Source: an uncultured Candidatus Saccharibacteria bacterium
GTDB lineage: Bacteria; Patescibacteriota; WWE3; 2-01-FULL-39-13
DNA: 64,000 nt
NCBI GenBank assembly: GCA_965230915.1
Contig: OZ246395.1
Location: 728,935-792,934 of the forward strand
Direction of reading: 5' to 3'
The position numbers were made by a program, and so were the translations under genes. Position 1 is the first letter of the stretch; each line of letters starts with the position of its first letter. The notes below the pieces were generated by a model. The model searched no databases, had not been told where the DNA came from, and saw only the letters and a program-made list of their open reading frames with translations. Of this stretch, positions 36,740-46,746 are shown piece by piece.

Positions 36740-37129
36740 TTAGGTCTTAGTTGCTGCTTTTGGATTTGCTCCACCAACTGCTTTTCTCTTACCTCTACGT
36801 GTTCTTGCATTCTTTTGAGTCTTCTGCCCACGTGATGGCAAATTCTTAGCATGTCTTGAACCTCTATAACTTTGAATATCTCTTAATCTTTTTATATTTT
36901 GGCTGATTACTCTTCGAAGCTCTCCTTCTGCCATTATTTGTGATTTTTCAATTGCGTTTCTTATTGCAGCTAATTGAGTTTCGTCTAAATCTTTTGCTCT
37001 GATATCCTCTGAAACGTTAGCTTTCTTTAATAAATCTTTTGCGATTGCTGGTCCGATACCATAAATGTAAGTAAGTGAAATTACGATTCTTTTATTTTCT
37101 GGTATGTCGATTCCTAATAATCTTGGCAT
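36740..37129 (-). CDS. rpsM: 30S ribosomal protein S13
   Basis: MPRLLGIDIPENKRIVISLTYIYGIG. Confidence 0.92.
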   Translation of the reverse strand: MPRLLGIDIPENKRIVISLTYIYGIGPAIAKDLLKKANVSEDIRAKDLDETQLAAIRNAIEKSQIMAEGELRRVISQNIKRLRDIQSYRGSRHAKNLPSRGQKTQKNARTRRGKRKAVGGANPKAATKT

Positions 37130-37135
37130 TTTGAT

Positions 37136-37252
37136 TTATCCTTGTCTTTGTTTATGCTTTGGGTTAGCACTACAAATAATATAAACTCTACCTTTTCTAC
37201 GAGCTATCTTACAGTGTCTACAAATTTTAGTTACGCTTGCACGTACTTTCAT
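37136..37252 (-). CDS. rpmJ: 50S ribosomal protein L36
   Basis: 38-aa [41 protein letters not shown] (C-x2-C...C-x...H zinc ribbon). Not in the ORF track because it is under 60 aa. Confidence 0.9.
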   Translation of the reverse strand: MKVRASVTKICRHCKIARRKGRVYIICSANPKHKQRQG

Positions 37253-37300
37253 ATCAATAATTAATAAATTAAAAACTCATTCTAAGCTTAAAGCCTAAAA

Positions 37301-37519
37301 TTATTTATAACGATAGGTGATGCGGCAGTTATTTGGATCGTACTCACTAAATTCGAGTTTGACCTTATCACCAGGCAAAATCCATATTCTATGCTTACGC
37401 ATTTTGCCGGATAGATACCCCGTTACTTCTGTGCCATCTTCTAACTTCACGATAAATTTTCCACCTGGCAGAGCTTCTAATACAACTCCATCCTTTTCTA
37501 TAAATTCCTTATTTGCCAT
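37301..37519 (-). CDS. infA: translation initiation factor IF-1
   Basis: S1-like OB fold ..DGVVLEALPGGKFIVKLEDGTEVTGYLSGKMRKHRIWILPGDKV. Confidence 0.92.
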   Translation of the reverse strand: MANKEFIEKDGVVLEALPGGKFIVKLEDGTEVTGYLSGKMRKHRIWILPGDKVKLEFSEYDPNNCRITYRYK

Positions 37520-37609
37520 TAAATTTGTTTACCAAGTTAGCGTTTGTGCCAAAGGCAATAAGCCACTATTGGCATGCTCCTTTGCACTGCACAATTTTAG
37601 CATAAATGC

Positions 37610-38395
37610 TTAATTGGTCAATATTTTTGGACCATTTTGGGTCACAACAACTGTATGTTCAAACATGCCAGAAATTGCCCCATCCGCGGTCACGATACCC
37701 CAGCCGTCTTCGGCTGTTTCAATCTTAGGATTCCCCATAGTATACATGATTTCGATAGCTAGAACCATTGATTCTCTTAATATTGGGCCCGCACCTGGAG
37801 TCCCATAACAAAGAATCTGGGGATCTTCGTGGGCGGTATGACCAACTCCGTGACCTGCAAAATCTCGTATTACAGAATATCCATTGGATTCAGCGTTTAC
37901 CTGCATGGCAGCTGAAATATCTCCCGTTCTCTTACCGATCTGAGCCTGTTCGATAGCCTTAAATACAGCATTTTCGCCGGCTTTTAAAAAGTCTTCTACT
38001 TCTTTGCCCGCACCTTGGTATGCACCCCGAATGTCTTCGCGTGTAGCGTTTTCTGGCATTGCCACAACAGACCAACAGTTATCAAGGTATAAACCTCTAT
38101 ACTTGACTCCAATATCAACTGAAACAACATCGCCCTGTTTTAATACCTGATCACCAGGAATACCGTGTAGCCAAACATCATTTACAGAAATACATGAGTT
38201 AGCCGGATAACTATCAACTTCAGGAAACCAAGGTTCAACGCCATTTTCAACCATCATTTTTCCGATTTCTTTGTCTATATCAGCTAAAATCGCACCGGGG
38301 ACACATCTTCTAAGTGCTTCATCTAGAATTTTCTTTGAAATTTTACCTCCTTCGGTAAGGATATCTAAATCCTCTTTTGATTTAATGCTTATCAT
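37610..38395 (-). CDS. map: type I methionine aminopeptidase
   Basis: Metal-ligand context (D..GV.Y.GLYLD, FAGHGVGHTAHE, E...VLAIE, GMFEHTV). Confidence 0.9.
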   Translation of the reverse strand: MISIKSKEDLDILTEGGKISKKILDEALRRCVPGAILADIDKEIGKMMVENGVEPWFPEVDSYPANSCISVNDVWLHGIPGDQVLKQGDVVSVDIGVKYRGLYLDNCWSVVAMPENATREDIRGAYQGAGKEVEDFLKAGENAVFKAIEQAQIGKRTGDISAAMQVNAESNGYSVIRDFAGHGVGHTAHEDPQILCYGTPGAGPILRESMVLAIEIMYTMGNPKIETAEDGWGIVTADGAISGMFEHTVVVTQNGPKILTN

Positions 38396-38430
38396 TTGGT
38401 TTGATGCAGGATTCTTCTAATTTCGATGGC

Positions 38431-39021
38431 TTACTTAGAGCCCCTATCTTTTGAAGCAAAATAAGTTTGTAGGTCAGATTGTATATCTTCTATCGATCTT
38501 TCGCCATCAATTCTCCGTAGAACCCCCATTTTCTCATATTCTTCTAAAAGTGGCTCTGTCTCTTTATGGTAAATACTGAGGCGAGTTTTTATAGCTTCTT
38601 CTGTTTCATCTAATCGTTTTTCGGTTTCGGCTCTAATTTTTATACGACGCATGCATTCTTCTTCAGAAACATCAAAATAAAGGACATGAATTATCAGCCA
38701 GTCTTTCATATCTAAAAATCCTAAAAAGTCTTTTAGCTGTTCAACATTCCTTGGGTAACCATCCAGGACAAATCCTTTTGTGTCTTCGCGCTCAAGAATA
38801 GGATACAAAATCTCTTCCATCAATTCATCAGGAACTAGCTCACCTTTTATCCAATAAGCACTTAGCTTCTTGCCAATTGGGTTATCAGCTTCGCTTAATC
38901 TTCTTAATAATTTTCCAGAGGAAATAAATTTGTAATCAATATGTTCGGCAAGAAGCTTTGCCTGTGTAGATTTGCCTGAACTCTGAGGTCCAAGTATTAG
39001 TACAAAGTTTTTATGTTGCAT
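38431..39021 (-). CDS. adk: adenylate kinase
   Basis: P-loop ILGPQSSGKSTQA, NMP-binding SSGKLLR, and the ..LDGYPR.. motif. Confidence 0.9.
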   Translation of the reverse strand: MQHKNFVLILGPQSSGKSTQAKLLAEHIDYKFISSGKLLRRLSEADNPIGKKLSAYWIKGELVPDELMEEILYPILEREDTKGFVLDGYPRNVEQLKDFLGFLDMKDWLIIHVLYFDVSEEECMRRIKIRAETEKRLDETEEAIKTRLSIYHKETEPLLEEYEKMGVLRRIDGERSIEDIQSDLQTYFASKDRGSK

Positions 39022-39078
39022 CAGTAGAATCAGTATAACAGCTTTGCCCTCATGGCATCAAAATTAAAATTTTGATGA

Positions 39079-39354
39079 TTACATTCCTGGGAATCCCATA
39101 TCTCCTAGCTGGTTTCTCATTTTCTTCGAAACCTCTTTTTGTGATTCTTTCAAAGCTTTATTAATTGCCTTCTTTATATCGTTTCTTTCTTCACCATTTT
39201 CTAAGACTGTTTCGATATTCTGGTCTCCTCGAATAACAATTTCGAATGGACCTTCTTCTACTGTCACCATTATTTTCTCCATTCTCTTTTTCATTTCGTC
39301 AGTTTGCTTTTTTAACGCGTAAAGCTCTTTCATTTGATTAAACTTTTCCATCAT
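39079..39354 (-). CDS. YbaB/EbfC family nucleoid-associated protein
   Basis: About 90 aa. N-terminal Q/M/K-rich helix, central VTVEEGPFEIVIRGDQNIETV, C-terminal ..LGDMGFPGM, typical of YbaB. Confidence 0.7.
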   Translation of the reverse strand: MMEKFNQMKELYALKKQTDEMKKRMEKIMVTVEEGPFEIVIRGDQNIETVLENGEERNDIKKAINKALKESQKEVSKKMRNQLGDMGFPGM

Positions 39355-39379
39355 ATATAGATCTCCTTTAAATTAAGAC

Positions 39380-40678
39380 TTATCGTCTAAAACTATCGTA
39401 CTCTTTAGTAACTACCTGAGATTCAACTTGCTTTATAGTTTGCAATATAACTGAAACTACAATCAAAAGTCCAGTTCCTCCAACCGCTAGTGTCGAAATG
39501 TTTGTAATATTTTGCACAACTGAAGGTAAAATTGCAATTAATCCTAAGAAAACTCCCCCAGCTAGTGTTAGCCTTGAAATTATAAATTTCAAATATTCTA
39601 CTGTTGAACGGCCAGGTCTAATACCGGGAATAAATCCTCCACCTCGTCTAATTTCGTCCGCAATTCTTTCAGGGTTAAAAGTAATTGAGGTATATAGATA
39701 TGTAAAAGCAAAAACCAATAAGAAATAGGTTAAGCTATACAAAATACTTGTAGGACTAAAGTTTATAGCCATCCATGTTCCAATATTCACGAAAGTCGGA
39801 TTGCTCAAGGTTTGTAGGTATGTAGCAATTCCTGATGGCAATAAGATTAATGAGACAGCGAAAATTATTGGAATAACCCCGGCCTGATTTATGCGAACAG
39901 GGATAAAACTTGTTCCTCCCCCGACTGATTTTCCGCCACGCGTCTGTGAAGAATACTGGACTTCAATCTTTCTGTAAGCTTCGTTTGTGTATACAACACC
40001 AGCGATAACCAATGCTGCAACTGCGACAAAAACTAATATGTTGAATATTTGTGTTGAATCAATAACTGAGAAAAATGCTGCAGCACTTGATGGTATTCCA
40101 GCCATAATGCCCGCAAAAACAATTATCGATAGACCATTCCCAATTCCATATTCAGTAATAGTTTCACCAAGCCAAATTAGGAAGAATGAACCTGCACTCA
40201 TAACTAAAACTATTGTTAATAGTTGGAATGGATTCAGATCTGGCAAAACATTAAGGCCTGTTAAGTTTTGCTGTTTTAGTAAAAAGTAAAACCCATATGC
40301 CTGAATTAAAGTTAGTGGAAGAGCCAAAGCCTGGGTATATTGGTTAATTTTTTGGCGTCCATATGATCCTTCTTTCATTAACTCTTCGAGTTGTGGAATA
40401 ACCATTGATAATAACTGAATAATGATTGAAGCGTTAATATAAGGACCTACCCCAAGCGCAATAATTGAAAAGTTTTTTAGACCTCCTCCGGCAAAAATAT
40501 TTAGTGCGCTTAATAAGCCACTAGAATCAAACATCAACCTAAGTGCGGTTGGATCTACGCCTGGTACAGGAATATGCGCTAGAAATCTGTATAAAGCTAA
40601 AATTGCTGCTGTGAATAAAATTTTATTTCTTAAATCGGGGATCCGAAGTGCTTTTGTTAAATAATCTGCCGTAGCCAT
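39380..40678 (-). CDS. secY: preprotein translocase subunit SecY
   Basis: 10-TM protein with conserved SecY segments (..NIFAGGGLKNFSIIALGVGPYINASIIIQLL..). Confidence 0.92.
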   Translation of the reverse strand: MATADYLTKALRIPDLRNKILFTAAILALYRFLAHIPVPGVDPTALRLMFDSSGLLSALNIFAGGGLKNFSIIALGVGPYINASIIIQLLSMVIPQLEELMKEGSYGRQKINQYTQALALPLTLIQAYGFYFLLKQQNLTGLNVLPDLNPFQLLTIVLVMSAGSFFLIWLGETITEYGIGNGLSIIVFAGIMAGIPSSAAAFFSVIDSTQIFNILVFVAVAALVIAGVVYTNEAYRKIEVQYSSQTRGGKSVGGGTSFIPVRINQAGVIPIIFAVSLILLPSGIATYLQTLSNPTFVNIGTWMAINFSPTSILYSLTYFLLVFAFTYLYTSITFNPERIADEIRRGGGFIPGIRPGRSTVEYLKFIISRLTLAGGVFLGLIAILPSVVQNITNISTLAVGGTGLLIVVSVILQTIKQVESQVVTKEYDSFRR

Positions 40679-40694
40679 TTATTGAGATTATACC

Positions 40695-41141
40695 TTATTC
40701 GGCTTTTCCGCCAGCGGATTCTATTTTTGATTTAGCTCGTTCTGAGTATGCAAATCCTTTGAGTTCTAAAGCTTTCTCAATTTTTCCTTGTGATAATACT
40801 TTTACGAAATCAAATTTTCCTTTTGCAAAGCTTCTTTCTAAAACCATTTCAGGAGTAACAGTCTTTCCATCAAAATCCATTGCTGACAATTCATCTAAAT
40901 TTACTTCATAAACAACGTTAGCATTATGATTTGTGAATCCGCCAATATATGGCATTCTCTTTGTAAGAGGTGTTTGGCCTCCTTCAAACCATGGAGCTGG
41001 CTGTCCACCTGTTCTGGCTTTTTGACCTTTTCCACCTTTTCCAGATGTATGGCCACCTTTGCCTGATCCGTGTCCTCTTCCAACTCTCTTTGCTTGTCTT
41101 TTTGCTTCTTTAGTTTTTGGTAAATTTGATAAATACTTCAT
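40695..41141 (-). CDS. rplO: 50S ribosomal protein L15
   Basis: Gly/Lys-rich N-terminus KRVGRGHGSGKGGHTSGKGGKGQKAR. Confidence 0.9.
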   Translation of the reverse strand: MKYLSNLPKTKEAKRQAKRVGRGHGSGKGGHTSGKGGKGQKARTGGQPAPWFEGGQTPLTKRMPYIGGFTNHNANVVYEVNLDELSAMDFDGKTVTPEMVLERSFAKGKFDFVKVLSQGKIEKALELKGFAYSERAKSKIESAGGKAE

Positions 41142-41155
41142 TTTTGTTCTCCAAA

Positions 41156-41671
41156 CTATTTAGCAGGTCTTTCTACTGATCTTAGTGATTCGAGGGCTTT
41201 CATAATTGTATATGCATTTGAAATAGCATTATTTGTTCCAATAATTTTTACTGAAATATTTTTTACTCCAGCTAAATCTAAAATCTGGCGCATACTTCCA
41301 CCGGCCATAATACCTGCACCCAGTGGAGCTGGTTTTAAGAACAAGATAGAAGCACCATTTTTGATATAAACTTCGTGTGGAATGCTTCCTTCTTCTGTTA
41401 AAGGAATTTTTACCATTGTTCTTCTAGCTTTATCTTTTGATTTTTGAATAGCGGCTGACATTTCTTTTGATTTTGCCAAACCTATTCCAATCATTCCGTT
41501 TCTGTCACCAGCGCATGAAAGAACAGAATAATGCATATTTGCACCTCCAATTCTTTTTGTGGCAACTCTTCGTGGTTTTAAAACTGCTTCTTCAATAGGT
41601 GATCCGCCATCTTCTCGAGGTTTATTTTGGTCACGTCTTTCAAATTTTGGTTTTGATTCTCTTCTTAACAT
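41156..41671 (-). CDS. rpsE: 30S ribosomal protein S5
   Basis: Conserved S5 dsRBD and C-terminal domain (..KPAPLGAGIMAGGSMRQILDLAGVKNI..). Only a 14-nt gap to rplO, with no rpmD between them. Confidence 0.92.
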   Translation of the reverse strand: MLRRESKPKFERRDQNKPREDGGSPIEEAVLKPRRVATKRIGGANMHYSVLSCAGDRNGMIGIGLAKSKEMSAAIQKSKDKARRTMVKIPLTEEGSIPHEVYIKNGASILFLKPAPLGAGIMAGGSMRQILDLAGVKNISVKIIGTNNAISNAYTIMKALESLRSVERPAK

Positions 41672-41682
41672 AATTTTGTAAT

Positions 41683-41715
41683 CAAAATTAGTAGCGAATT
41701 ATTTAATTCGCGTCT
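41683..41715 (-). promoter_or_regulatory. conserved intercistronic hairpin motif, copy upstream of rpsE
   Basis: Plus-strand CAAAATTAGTAGCGAATTATTTAATTCGCGTCT. In mRNA sense this is AGACGCGAAUUAAAUAAUUCGCUACUAAUUUUG, about 12 nt 5' of the AUG. Confidence 0.5.
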
Positions 41716-41722
41716 AATTTTT

Positions 41723-42064
41723 TTAGATTATAATTCCAGCTTCTCTGATTCCATCAGCTAAACTTTTAACTCTACCATGATATCTATATGAACCTCTGTC
41801 GTAAATGCATTTCTCTACTTTCAATTCTTTTAGCTTTTTACCAATTTCTAATCCGATATTCTTTGCCTGATCAACTTTTGGCCCCTTAGCGTCTTTTGTA
41901 TTTGCGCTAACTAGGGTTTTTCCAGCCATGTCATCAATAGCTTGAACATAAATAAATCTGTTTGATCTATATACACTCAATCTTGGTCTATCAGCAGTTC
42001 CGCTTAATTTGGAACTTACTCTTAGTTTTCTTCGGTTTTTAGATGTTTTATGTACCTTTATCAT
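41723..42064 (-). CDS. rplR: 50S ribosomal protein L18
   Basis: Conserved L18 sequence and operon position. Confidence 0.9.
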   Translation of the reverse strand: MIKVHKTSKNRRKLRVSSKLSGTADRPRLSVYRSNRFIYVQAIDDMAGKTLVSANTKDAKGPKVDQAKNIGLEIGKKLKELKVEKCIYDRGSYRYHGRVKSLADGIREAGIII

Positions 42065-42077
42065 AATTTTTTATATT

Positions 42078-42620
42078 TTATGCTTTAGCAGCTTTACCTT
42101 GTTTTCTTCTAACGATTTCACCTTTGTATCTAATTCCTTTACCTTTGTATGGTTCTGGTCTTCTGATATCTCTTATGTTTGAAGCAACTTGTCCTACTAA
42201 TTGGCGGTCGACTCCTGTAACTTTAATTTCAGTATTTGTTGGAACTTCAAAAGTTATTCCTTCTGGAGCTTTAACAATAACTGGGTGTGAATATCCAATA
42301 GCAATTTTTAAATCGTTTCCTTGTTTTTCTACACGATATCCAACTCCAATTAGTTCTAATTCTTTTGTAAAACCTTGGTTTACTCCATTTACTGCATTAT
42401 TGATCATCGCGCGAGCTAGACCCCAATATGCTCTACCGTTTTCAAAAAGTTCGTCTTTTAATGTTAAAAGCAATTTCCCATCTTCTACTTTTGCATCAAC
42501 GACTTTATGCACTTCGATGTTCAAGTTTCCTTTTGGTCCTTTAACACCAACTCTTTTATCATTAATGTTTATTTCGACGCCTTGTGGAATTGTGATTGGT
42601 GCTTTTCCTATTTTACTCAT
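42078..42620 (-). CDS. rplF: 50S ribosomal protein L6
   Basis: MSKIGKAPITIPQGV... duplicated L6 domains. Confidence 0.92.
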   Translation of the reverse strand: MSKIGKAPITIPQGVEININDKRVGVKGPKGNLNIEVHKVVDAKVEDGKLLLTLKDELFENGRAYWGLARAMINNAVNGVNQGFTKELELIGVGYRVEKQGNDLKIAIGYSHPVIVKAPEGITFEVPTNTEIKVTGVDRQLVGQVASNIRDIRRPEPYKGKGIRYKGEIVRRKQGKAAKA

Positions 42621-42625
42621 AGTAT

Positions 42626-43027
42626 TTAATAAACCTCGCAGAGAACTTCTCCGCCTAATTTTTGTCTTCTTGCATCGTCGCTAGACATAATTCCGCGAGA
42701 TGTAGAAATCACTGTGATTCCTAATCCACCTAATACTTTCTTAATATCTTTTGATTTTGAATAGTTTCTTAAACCTGGTTTTGAAACTCTAGTTATTGAT
42801 TGGATAGCAGGAGTTCCGCTTTCAGTATATTTAAGATCTATATGCAAACCCTTATATGCCTTTCCTTCATATTTGAATGACTTTACGCCACCTAAGAAAC
42901 CTTTTGCTTCTAATACTTTAGCAATTTGTTCATTTTGCTTTGTATATGGAAGTTCAAGGCTATCCTTATTTCGCATTTGTGCGTTTCGGATTCTTGTTAA
43001 CATGTCGGATATTGTGTCATTCATCAT
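42626..43027 (-). CDS. rpsH: 30S ribosomal protein S8
   Basis: DTISDMLTRIRNA start. Confidence 0.92.
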   Translation of the reverse strand: MMNDTISDMLTRIRNAQMRNKDSLELPYTKQNEQIAKVLEAKGFLGGVKSFKYEGKAYKGLHIDLKYTESGTPAIQSITRVSKPGLRNYSKSKDIKKVLGGLGITVISTSRGIMSSDDARRQKLGGEVLCEVY

Positions 43028-43043
43028 AATTTATATTTTTAGA

Positions 43044-43229
43044 TTACCAGCTAGCCTTTGTAACCCCTGGCAAAACTCCTTGGTGAGCAAGTTCTCTTAA
43101 ACAAACACGACAGAGCTTGAATTGGCGGATATATCCTCTTGGACGCCCGCATTTCTCACATCTGTGATACTCTCTTACTTTAAATCTCTTTGGTTTTTTC
43201 CATCTTTCGACTAATCCTACTCTAGACAT
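43044..43229 (-). CDS. rpsZ: 30S ribosomal protein S14 type Z (Zn-ribbon)
   Basis: 61 aa with C-x2-C...C-x2-C (CEKCGRP..CRVCLRE). Confidence 0.92.
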   Translation of the reverse strand: MSRVGLVERWKKPKRFKVREYHRCEKCGRPRGYIRQFKLCRVCLRELAHQGVLPGVTKASW

Positions 43230-43230
43230 T

Positions 43231-43773
43231 TTATTTACCCTCTCTAAATGGCATTCCTAATGCCTTTAACAATTTATGACCATCAGCGTCTTGATTAGCT
43301 GAGGTGCTTACTGTGACCTGCAACGATTTAGCAAAACCCATTTTATTAGGATCGATTTCTGGGAACACGATGTGTTCTCTTAATCCTAAGTTATAGTTTC
43401 CTGTACCATCAAATGATCTTGGGCTGACTCCTCTGAAGTCTTTCACACGAGGTAGCACTATTTTAACCAATTTTTCATAAAAATCCCACATCTTTTTGCC
43501 TCGTAAGGTTACGGTTAATCCAACCATTTGACCTTTTCTAAGCTTAAAGTTTGAGATAGAAGTATTCGCATTTCTACCGCTTGGTTTTTGACCTGAAATA
43601 ACAGTCATATCATTGATAGCTTCCTGAACAAAAGATTTGTTATCTCTATTTTTACCAATACCCATATTAATTGTGATTTTCTTCATTGCAGGAACAGCTG
43701 CAGAAGAGGTTAATCCCAATTCTTTTTGTAATTCTGCTTTTATGTTTTTTTCGTATTGCTCTTTAAGTGTCAT
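43231..43773 (-). CDS. rplE: 50S ribosomal protein L5
   Basis: Conserved L5 sequence and position. Confidence 0.92.
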   Translation of the reverse strand: MTLKEQYEKNIKAELQKELGLTSSAAVPAMKKITINMGIGKNRDNKSFVQEAINDMTVISGQKPSGRNANTSISNFKLRKGQMVGLTVTLRGKKMWDFYEKLVKIVLPRVKDFRGVSPRSFDGTGNYNLGLREHIVFPEIDPNKMGFAKSLQVTVSTSANQDADGHKLLKALGMPFREGK

Positions 43774-43778
43774 AATTT

Positions 43779-44096
43779 TTACTTAGTTTTACCTTTAGCC
43801 TTAACTACTTCGCCTGATTTCTTAGCTACTCTATGTTTTTTACCGTCTACTAATTTGAATCCAACTCTAGTTGCTTTGTCTCCATCGATTAACATAACAT
43901 TTGAAACGTTGATTGGCTTTTCCAACTTAACAATTCCGCCTTCTCTTTCTCTAGTTGCTTTAATATGACGAGTGGTCATATTTACGCCTTCTACAGTTAC
44001 AGTTCCATATTTAATATTAACTCTAGCAACAACGCCTTCTTTTCCTTTGTCTTTTCCTGCTATTACTTTTACTTTATCCCCTGTTCGAATTTTCAT
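43779..44096 (-). CDS. rplX: 50S ribosomal protein L24
   Basis: KOW motif KIRTGDKVKVIAGKDKGKEG. Confidence 0.92.
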   Translation of the reverse strand: MKIRTGDKVKVIAGKDKGKEGVVARVNIKYGTVTVEGVNMTTRHIKATREREGGIVKLEKPINVSNVMLIDGDKATRVGFKLVDGKKHRVAKKSGEVVKAKGKTK

Positions 44097-44098
44097 GA

Positions 44099-44470
44099 TT
44101 ACCAGACCTCCGCTGCTAACGAAACTATTTTTGTGAAACCAGCATCTCTTAATTCACGTGCTACTGGTCCGAAAATACGGGTTGCACGTGGAGCTTTAGC
44201 TTTATCAATTATTACTCCTGCGTTGTCATCAAATCTAATATAGCTGCCATCTTTTCTTCTGGACTCTTTCTTAGTTCTAACGATAACGACTTTTACTACT
44301 TCATGATCATTTACATTTGTTCCGATTCCAGTTGTCCCTCTTACTGAGCAAGTAATAACATCACCAACCGTTGCAAAACGAACTTTTGAGTATCCAGGAA
44401 TCCCAATAACGTTTAATTCTTTAGCTCCTGAGTTATCTGCACTTTTAATGATTGATCCTGCTTGTATCAT
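44099..44470 (-). CDS. rplN: 50S ribosomal protein L14
   Basis: [19 protein letters not shown] start. Confidence 0.93.
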   Translation of the reverse strand: MIQAGSIIKSADNSGAKELNVIGIPGYSKVRFATVGDVITCSVRGTTGIGTNVNDHEVVKVVIVRTKKESRRKDGSYIRFDDNAGVIIDKAKAPRATRIFGPVARELRDAGFTKIVSLAAEVW

Positions 44471-44724
44471 TACTTATTCTCCTTAGGCTTCTTATCACCA
44501 TTAACAATTTTCCAGGATTTAGTTTTACTAACCTTTGCAATTTCCTGAATGGTTACAAAATCTCCTTCCTTAATATCTTTGCCTTCATACTGAGCTTTTA
44601 GCTTCTTGTGAAGTTTGAATCTACGTCCATATACTGGGTGAACTTTTGAATATTCGACCTGTACTACGACTGTTTTATCCATTTTTGTAGACACGACTGT
44701 GCCTTTCATTATTCGACTAGCCAT
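44470..44724 (-). CDS. rpsQ: 30S ribosomal protein S17
   Basis: [17 protein letters not shown]...HPVYGR. Confidence 0.92.
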   Translation of the reverse strand: MASRIMKGTVVSTKMDKTVVVQVEYSKVHPVYGRRFKLHKKLKAQYEGKDIKEGDFVTIQEIAKVSKTKSWKIVNGDKKPKENK

Positions 44725-44917
44725 TGAGTATCTCCTTTTCTTTTAAAACTGTTTTGATTCTAGCAATATCTTTTTTGATTTTGTTGAATACGCTAGTATC
44801 TTTTGATTTGCCGACAGTATACATTATTTTCTTCTCCATTAACTCATTATTCTTAGTTTTTAGATTTTCGGTTAGCTTTGTTGTATCTAATTTTCTTAAA
44901 TCAGCAATTTTTTCCAT
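44717..44917 (-). CDS. rpmC: 50S ribosomal protein L29
   Basis: 66 aa helical, ..LRKLDTTKLTENLKTKNNELMEKK.. Position between rplP and rpsQ. Confidence 0.85.
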   Translation of the reverse strand: MEKIADLRKLDTTKLTENLKTKNNELMEKKIMYTVGKSKDTSVFNKIKKDIARIKTVLKEKEILNG

Positions 44918-44921
44918 ATAA

Positions 44922-45329
44922 TTATTCCTCAGAAATAAACTTAGTCTTAAATGGCAACTTTGTAGCCGCTAATCTGAAAGCTTCGCGAGCTGTTGCTTCA
45001 TCTAATCCTGACAATTCAAATAACATTTTTCCTGGTTTAATAACTGCAACATAGTGATCTACAGCTCCCTTTCCTTTACCCATACGAACAGCAAGTGGCT
45101 TTTGAGTTACTGGCTTAGATGGGAAAATTCTAATCCACATCTTTCCGCCTCTTTTTGTTGCACCTGTGATAGCTTTTCTAGCTGATTCGATCTGTCTTGA
45201 AGAAACAAATCCTCTATCTAGAGCTTTTAATCCAAATTCTCCGAAGGATAATTCAGCTCCTCGCTGGCTTATTCCACGGTTTTTGCCTTTCATCATTTTT
45301 CTAAATTTGGTTCGTTTTGGTAGCATCAT
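44922..45329 (-). CDS. rplP: 50S ribosomal protein L16
   Basis: [18 protein letters not shown] start. Confidence 0.93.
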   Translation of the reverse strand: MMLPKRTKFRKMMKGKNRGISQRGAELSFGEFGLKALDRGFVSSRQIESARKAITGATKRGGKMWIRIFPSKPVTQKPLAVRMGKGKGAVDHYVAVIKPGKMLFELSGLDEATAREAFRLAATKLPFKTKFISEE

Positions 45330-45346
45330 AATTTGTTTCTCCCTTA

Positions 45347-45982
45347 TTACTTGGTTTCAACTTCACCTTTATATACCCATACTTTGATTCCAATAGTTCC
45401 GCCTCTTGTGTAAGAGACAGCTTTTGCGAAATCGATATTAGCTCTTAAAGTTTGAGTTGGAACTGCGCCTTTAGTAACCATATCAGTCATAGCAATGCTA
45501 TTTGGACCATTAACTGTACCGTTTATTTCTATTTTGATTCCTTTTGCACCAGCATTCATAGCTTTTTCTGCAGCCATGTTAATTGCGCGCTTTGCACTAA
45601 TACGTCTTTCAATTTGCATAGCAATTGCTTCTGCGACAATAGGTGCGCTAGCTTCTGCATTTTTTACTTCTTCGATCTGTAGATCGATATCATTCTTTGT
45701 TAATTTTGATATCTTTGATCTGATTTCTGCTAAACCAGCACCTTTTCGTCCGATAACAACTCCTGGTCTTGAAACTCTTATAACGATTTTCACAGCTTTA
45801 ATTGATCTTTCGATTAAAATTGCTTCAACTCCGGCACTTCTTAATGACTTTGTTAAATATTTTCTTATGTTGTAATCCTCTAACAAGAAATTAGCGTATC
45901 TGTCGCCTTCGGCATACCAAGTTGATTTCCAATCTTGTGTTATACCTACTCTTAATCCTGTTGGGTTAATTTTTCGACTCAT
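45347..45982 (-). CDS. rpsC: 30S ribosomal protein S3
   Basis: [15 protein letters not shown] and KH domain. Confidence 0.93.
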   Translation of the reverse strand: MSRKINPTGLRVGITQDWKSTWYAEGDRYANFLLEDYNIRKYLTKSLRSAGVEAILIERSIKAVKIVIRVSRPGVVIGRKGAGLAEIRSKISKLTKNDIDLQIEEVKNAEASAPIVAEAIAMQIERRISAKRAINMAAEKAMNAGAKGIKIEINGTVNGPNSIAMTDMVTKGAVPTQTLRANIDFAKAVSYTRGGTIGIKVWVYKGEVETK

Positions 45983-46431
45983 TATTTAGTCTCCTTTTTT
46001 GCTTGTTCTCGCTTGGCGAGTGACTTTTCCTGTTTTGCAGGTACTTCTACTGTCTTGGCCACTTTTTGTTCGCCCTTTGACCCCAAAATAACTGTAATAT
46101 GTGTTGTTCTTTTCCAAATTGGCTTAAATCTGCCTTGCGCGGCAAATCTTCCACCTTTTCTAACTGGTCCTGGACCAATTTTTACATCTGCTACGTATAA
46201 AGAATCTTTTTCATATCCAAAATTGTGTGTTCCATTTGCAATTGCTGTATCAACGACGCCTCTGATAATACCAGAAGCTTTTTTATCATTAAAATCTAAG
46301 AATCTGATAGCATCAGCAATTTTCATTCCGCGAATAGCGTTAGCAACAAGCACTACTTTTCTAGGGGCAACTCTTGCCATTACATATTTGCTCTTTATTA
46401 ATTTGTTGGTTTCAGTCTTATTTTCAGCCAT
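45982..46431 (-). CDS. rplV: 50S ribosomal protein L22
   Basis: Conserved L22 core (..ARVAPRKVVLVANAIRGMKIADAIRFL..). Confidence 0.9.
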   Translation of the reverse strand: MAENKTETNKLIKSKYVMARVAPRKVVLVANAIRGMKIADAIRFLDFNDKKASGIIRGVVDTAIANGTHNFGYEKDSLYVADVKIGPGPVRKGGRFAAQGRFKPIWKRTTHITVILGSKGEQKVAKTVEVPAKQEKSLAKREQAKKETK

Positions 46432-46436
46432 TTTAA

Positions 46437-46739
46437 TTATTTAGGTGGCATCTTACCGCCTGATGGAGCAGCTGCAACTTTCTTCTTTGCATGTGCTCTA
46501 AATGTTCTAGTTGGAGCAAATTCCCCTAATTTGTGACCTACCATTGATTCGGTAACAAATACTGGAACATGCTTTTTACCATTGTGTACATCAAAATTTA
46601 TTCCAACCATGTCTGGAGTTATAGTTGAGGTTCTCGACCATGTCTTGATCGAGGCTCTACCCCCAGAAGCTTTCGCTTTAGCTATTTTTTCTAATAATTT
46701 TTCATCTACGTATGGTCCTTTCTTTAGTGATCTAGACAT
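46437..46739 (-). CDS. rpsS: 30S ribosomal protein S19
   Basis: [16 protein letters not shown]... [29 protein letters not shown]. Confidence 0.93.
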   Translation of the reverse strand: MSRSLKKGPYVDEKLLEKIAKAKASGGRASIKTWSRTSTITPDMVGINFDVHNGKKHVPVFVTESMVGHKLGEFAPTRTFRAHAKKKVAAAPSGGKMPPK

Positions 46740-46746
46740 ATTTTAA

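Noticed and set aside
40695-41671. Missing L30 as an assembly gap or frameshift
   Set aside because: - Only 14 nt separate the rpsE stop from the rplO start, with a continuous clean sequence. There is no room for a degraded rpmD.
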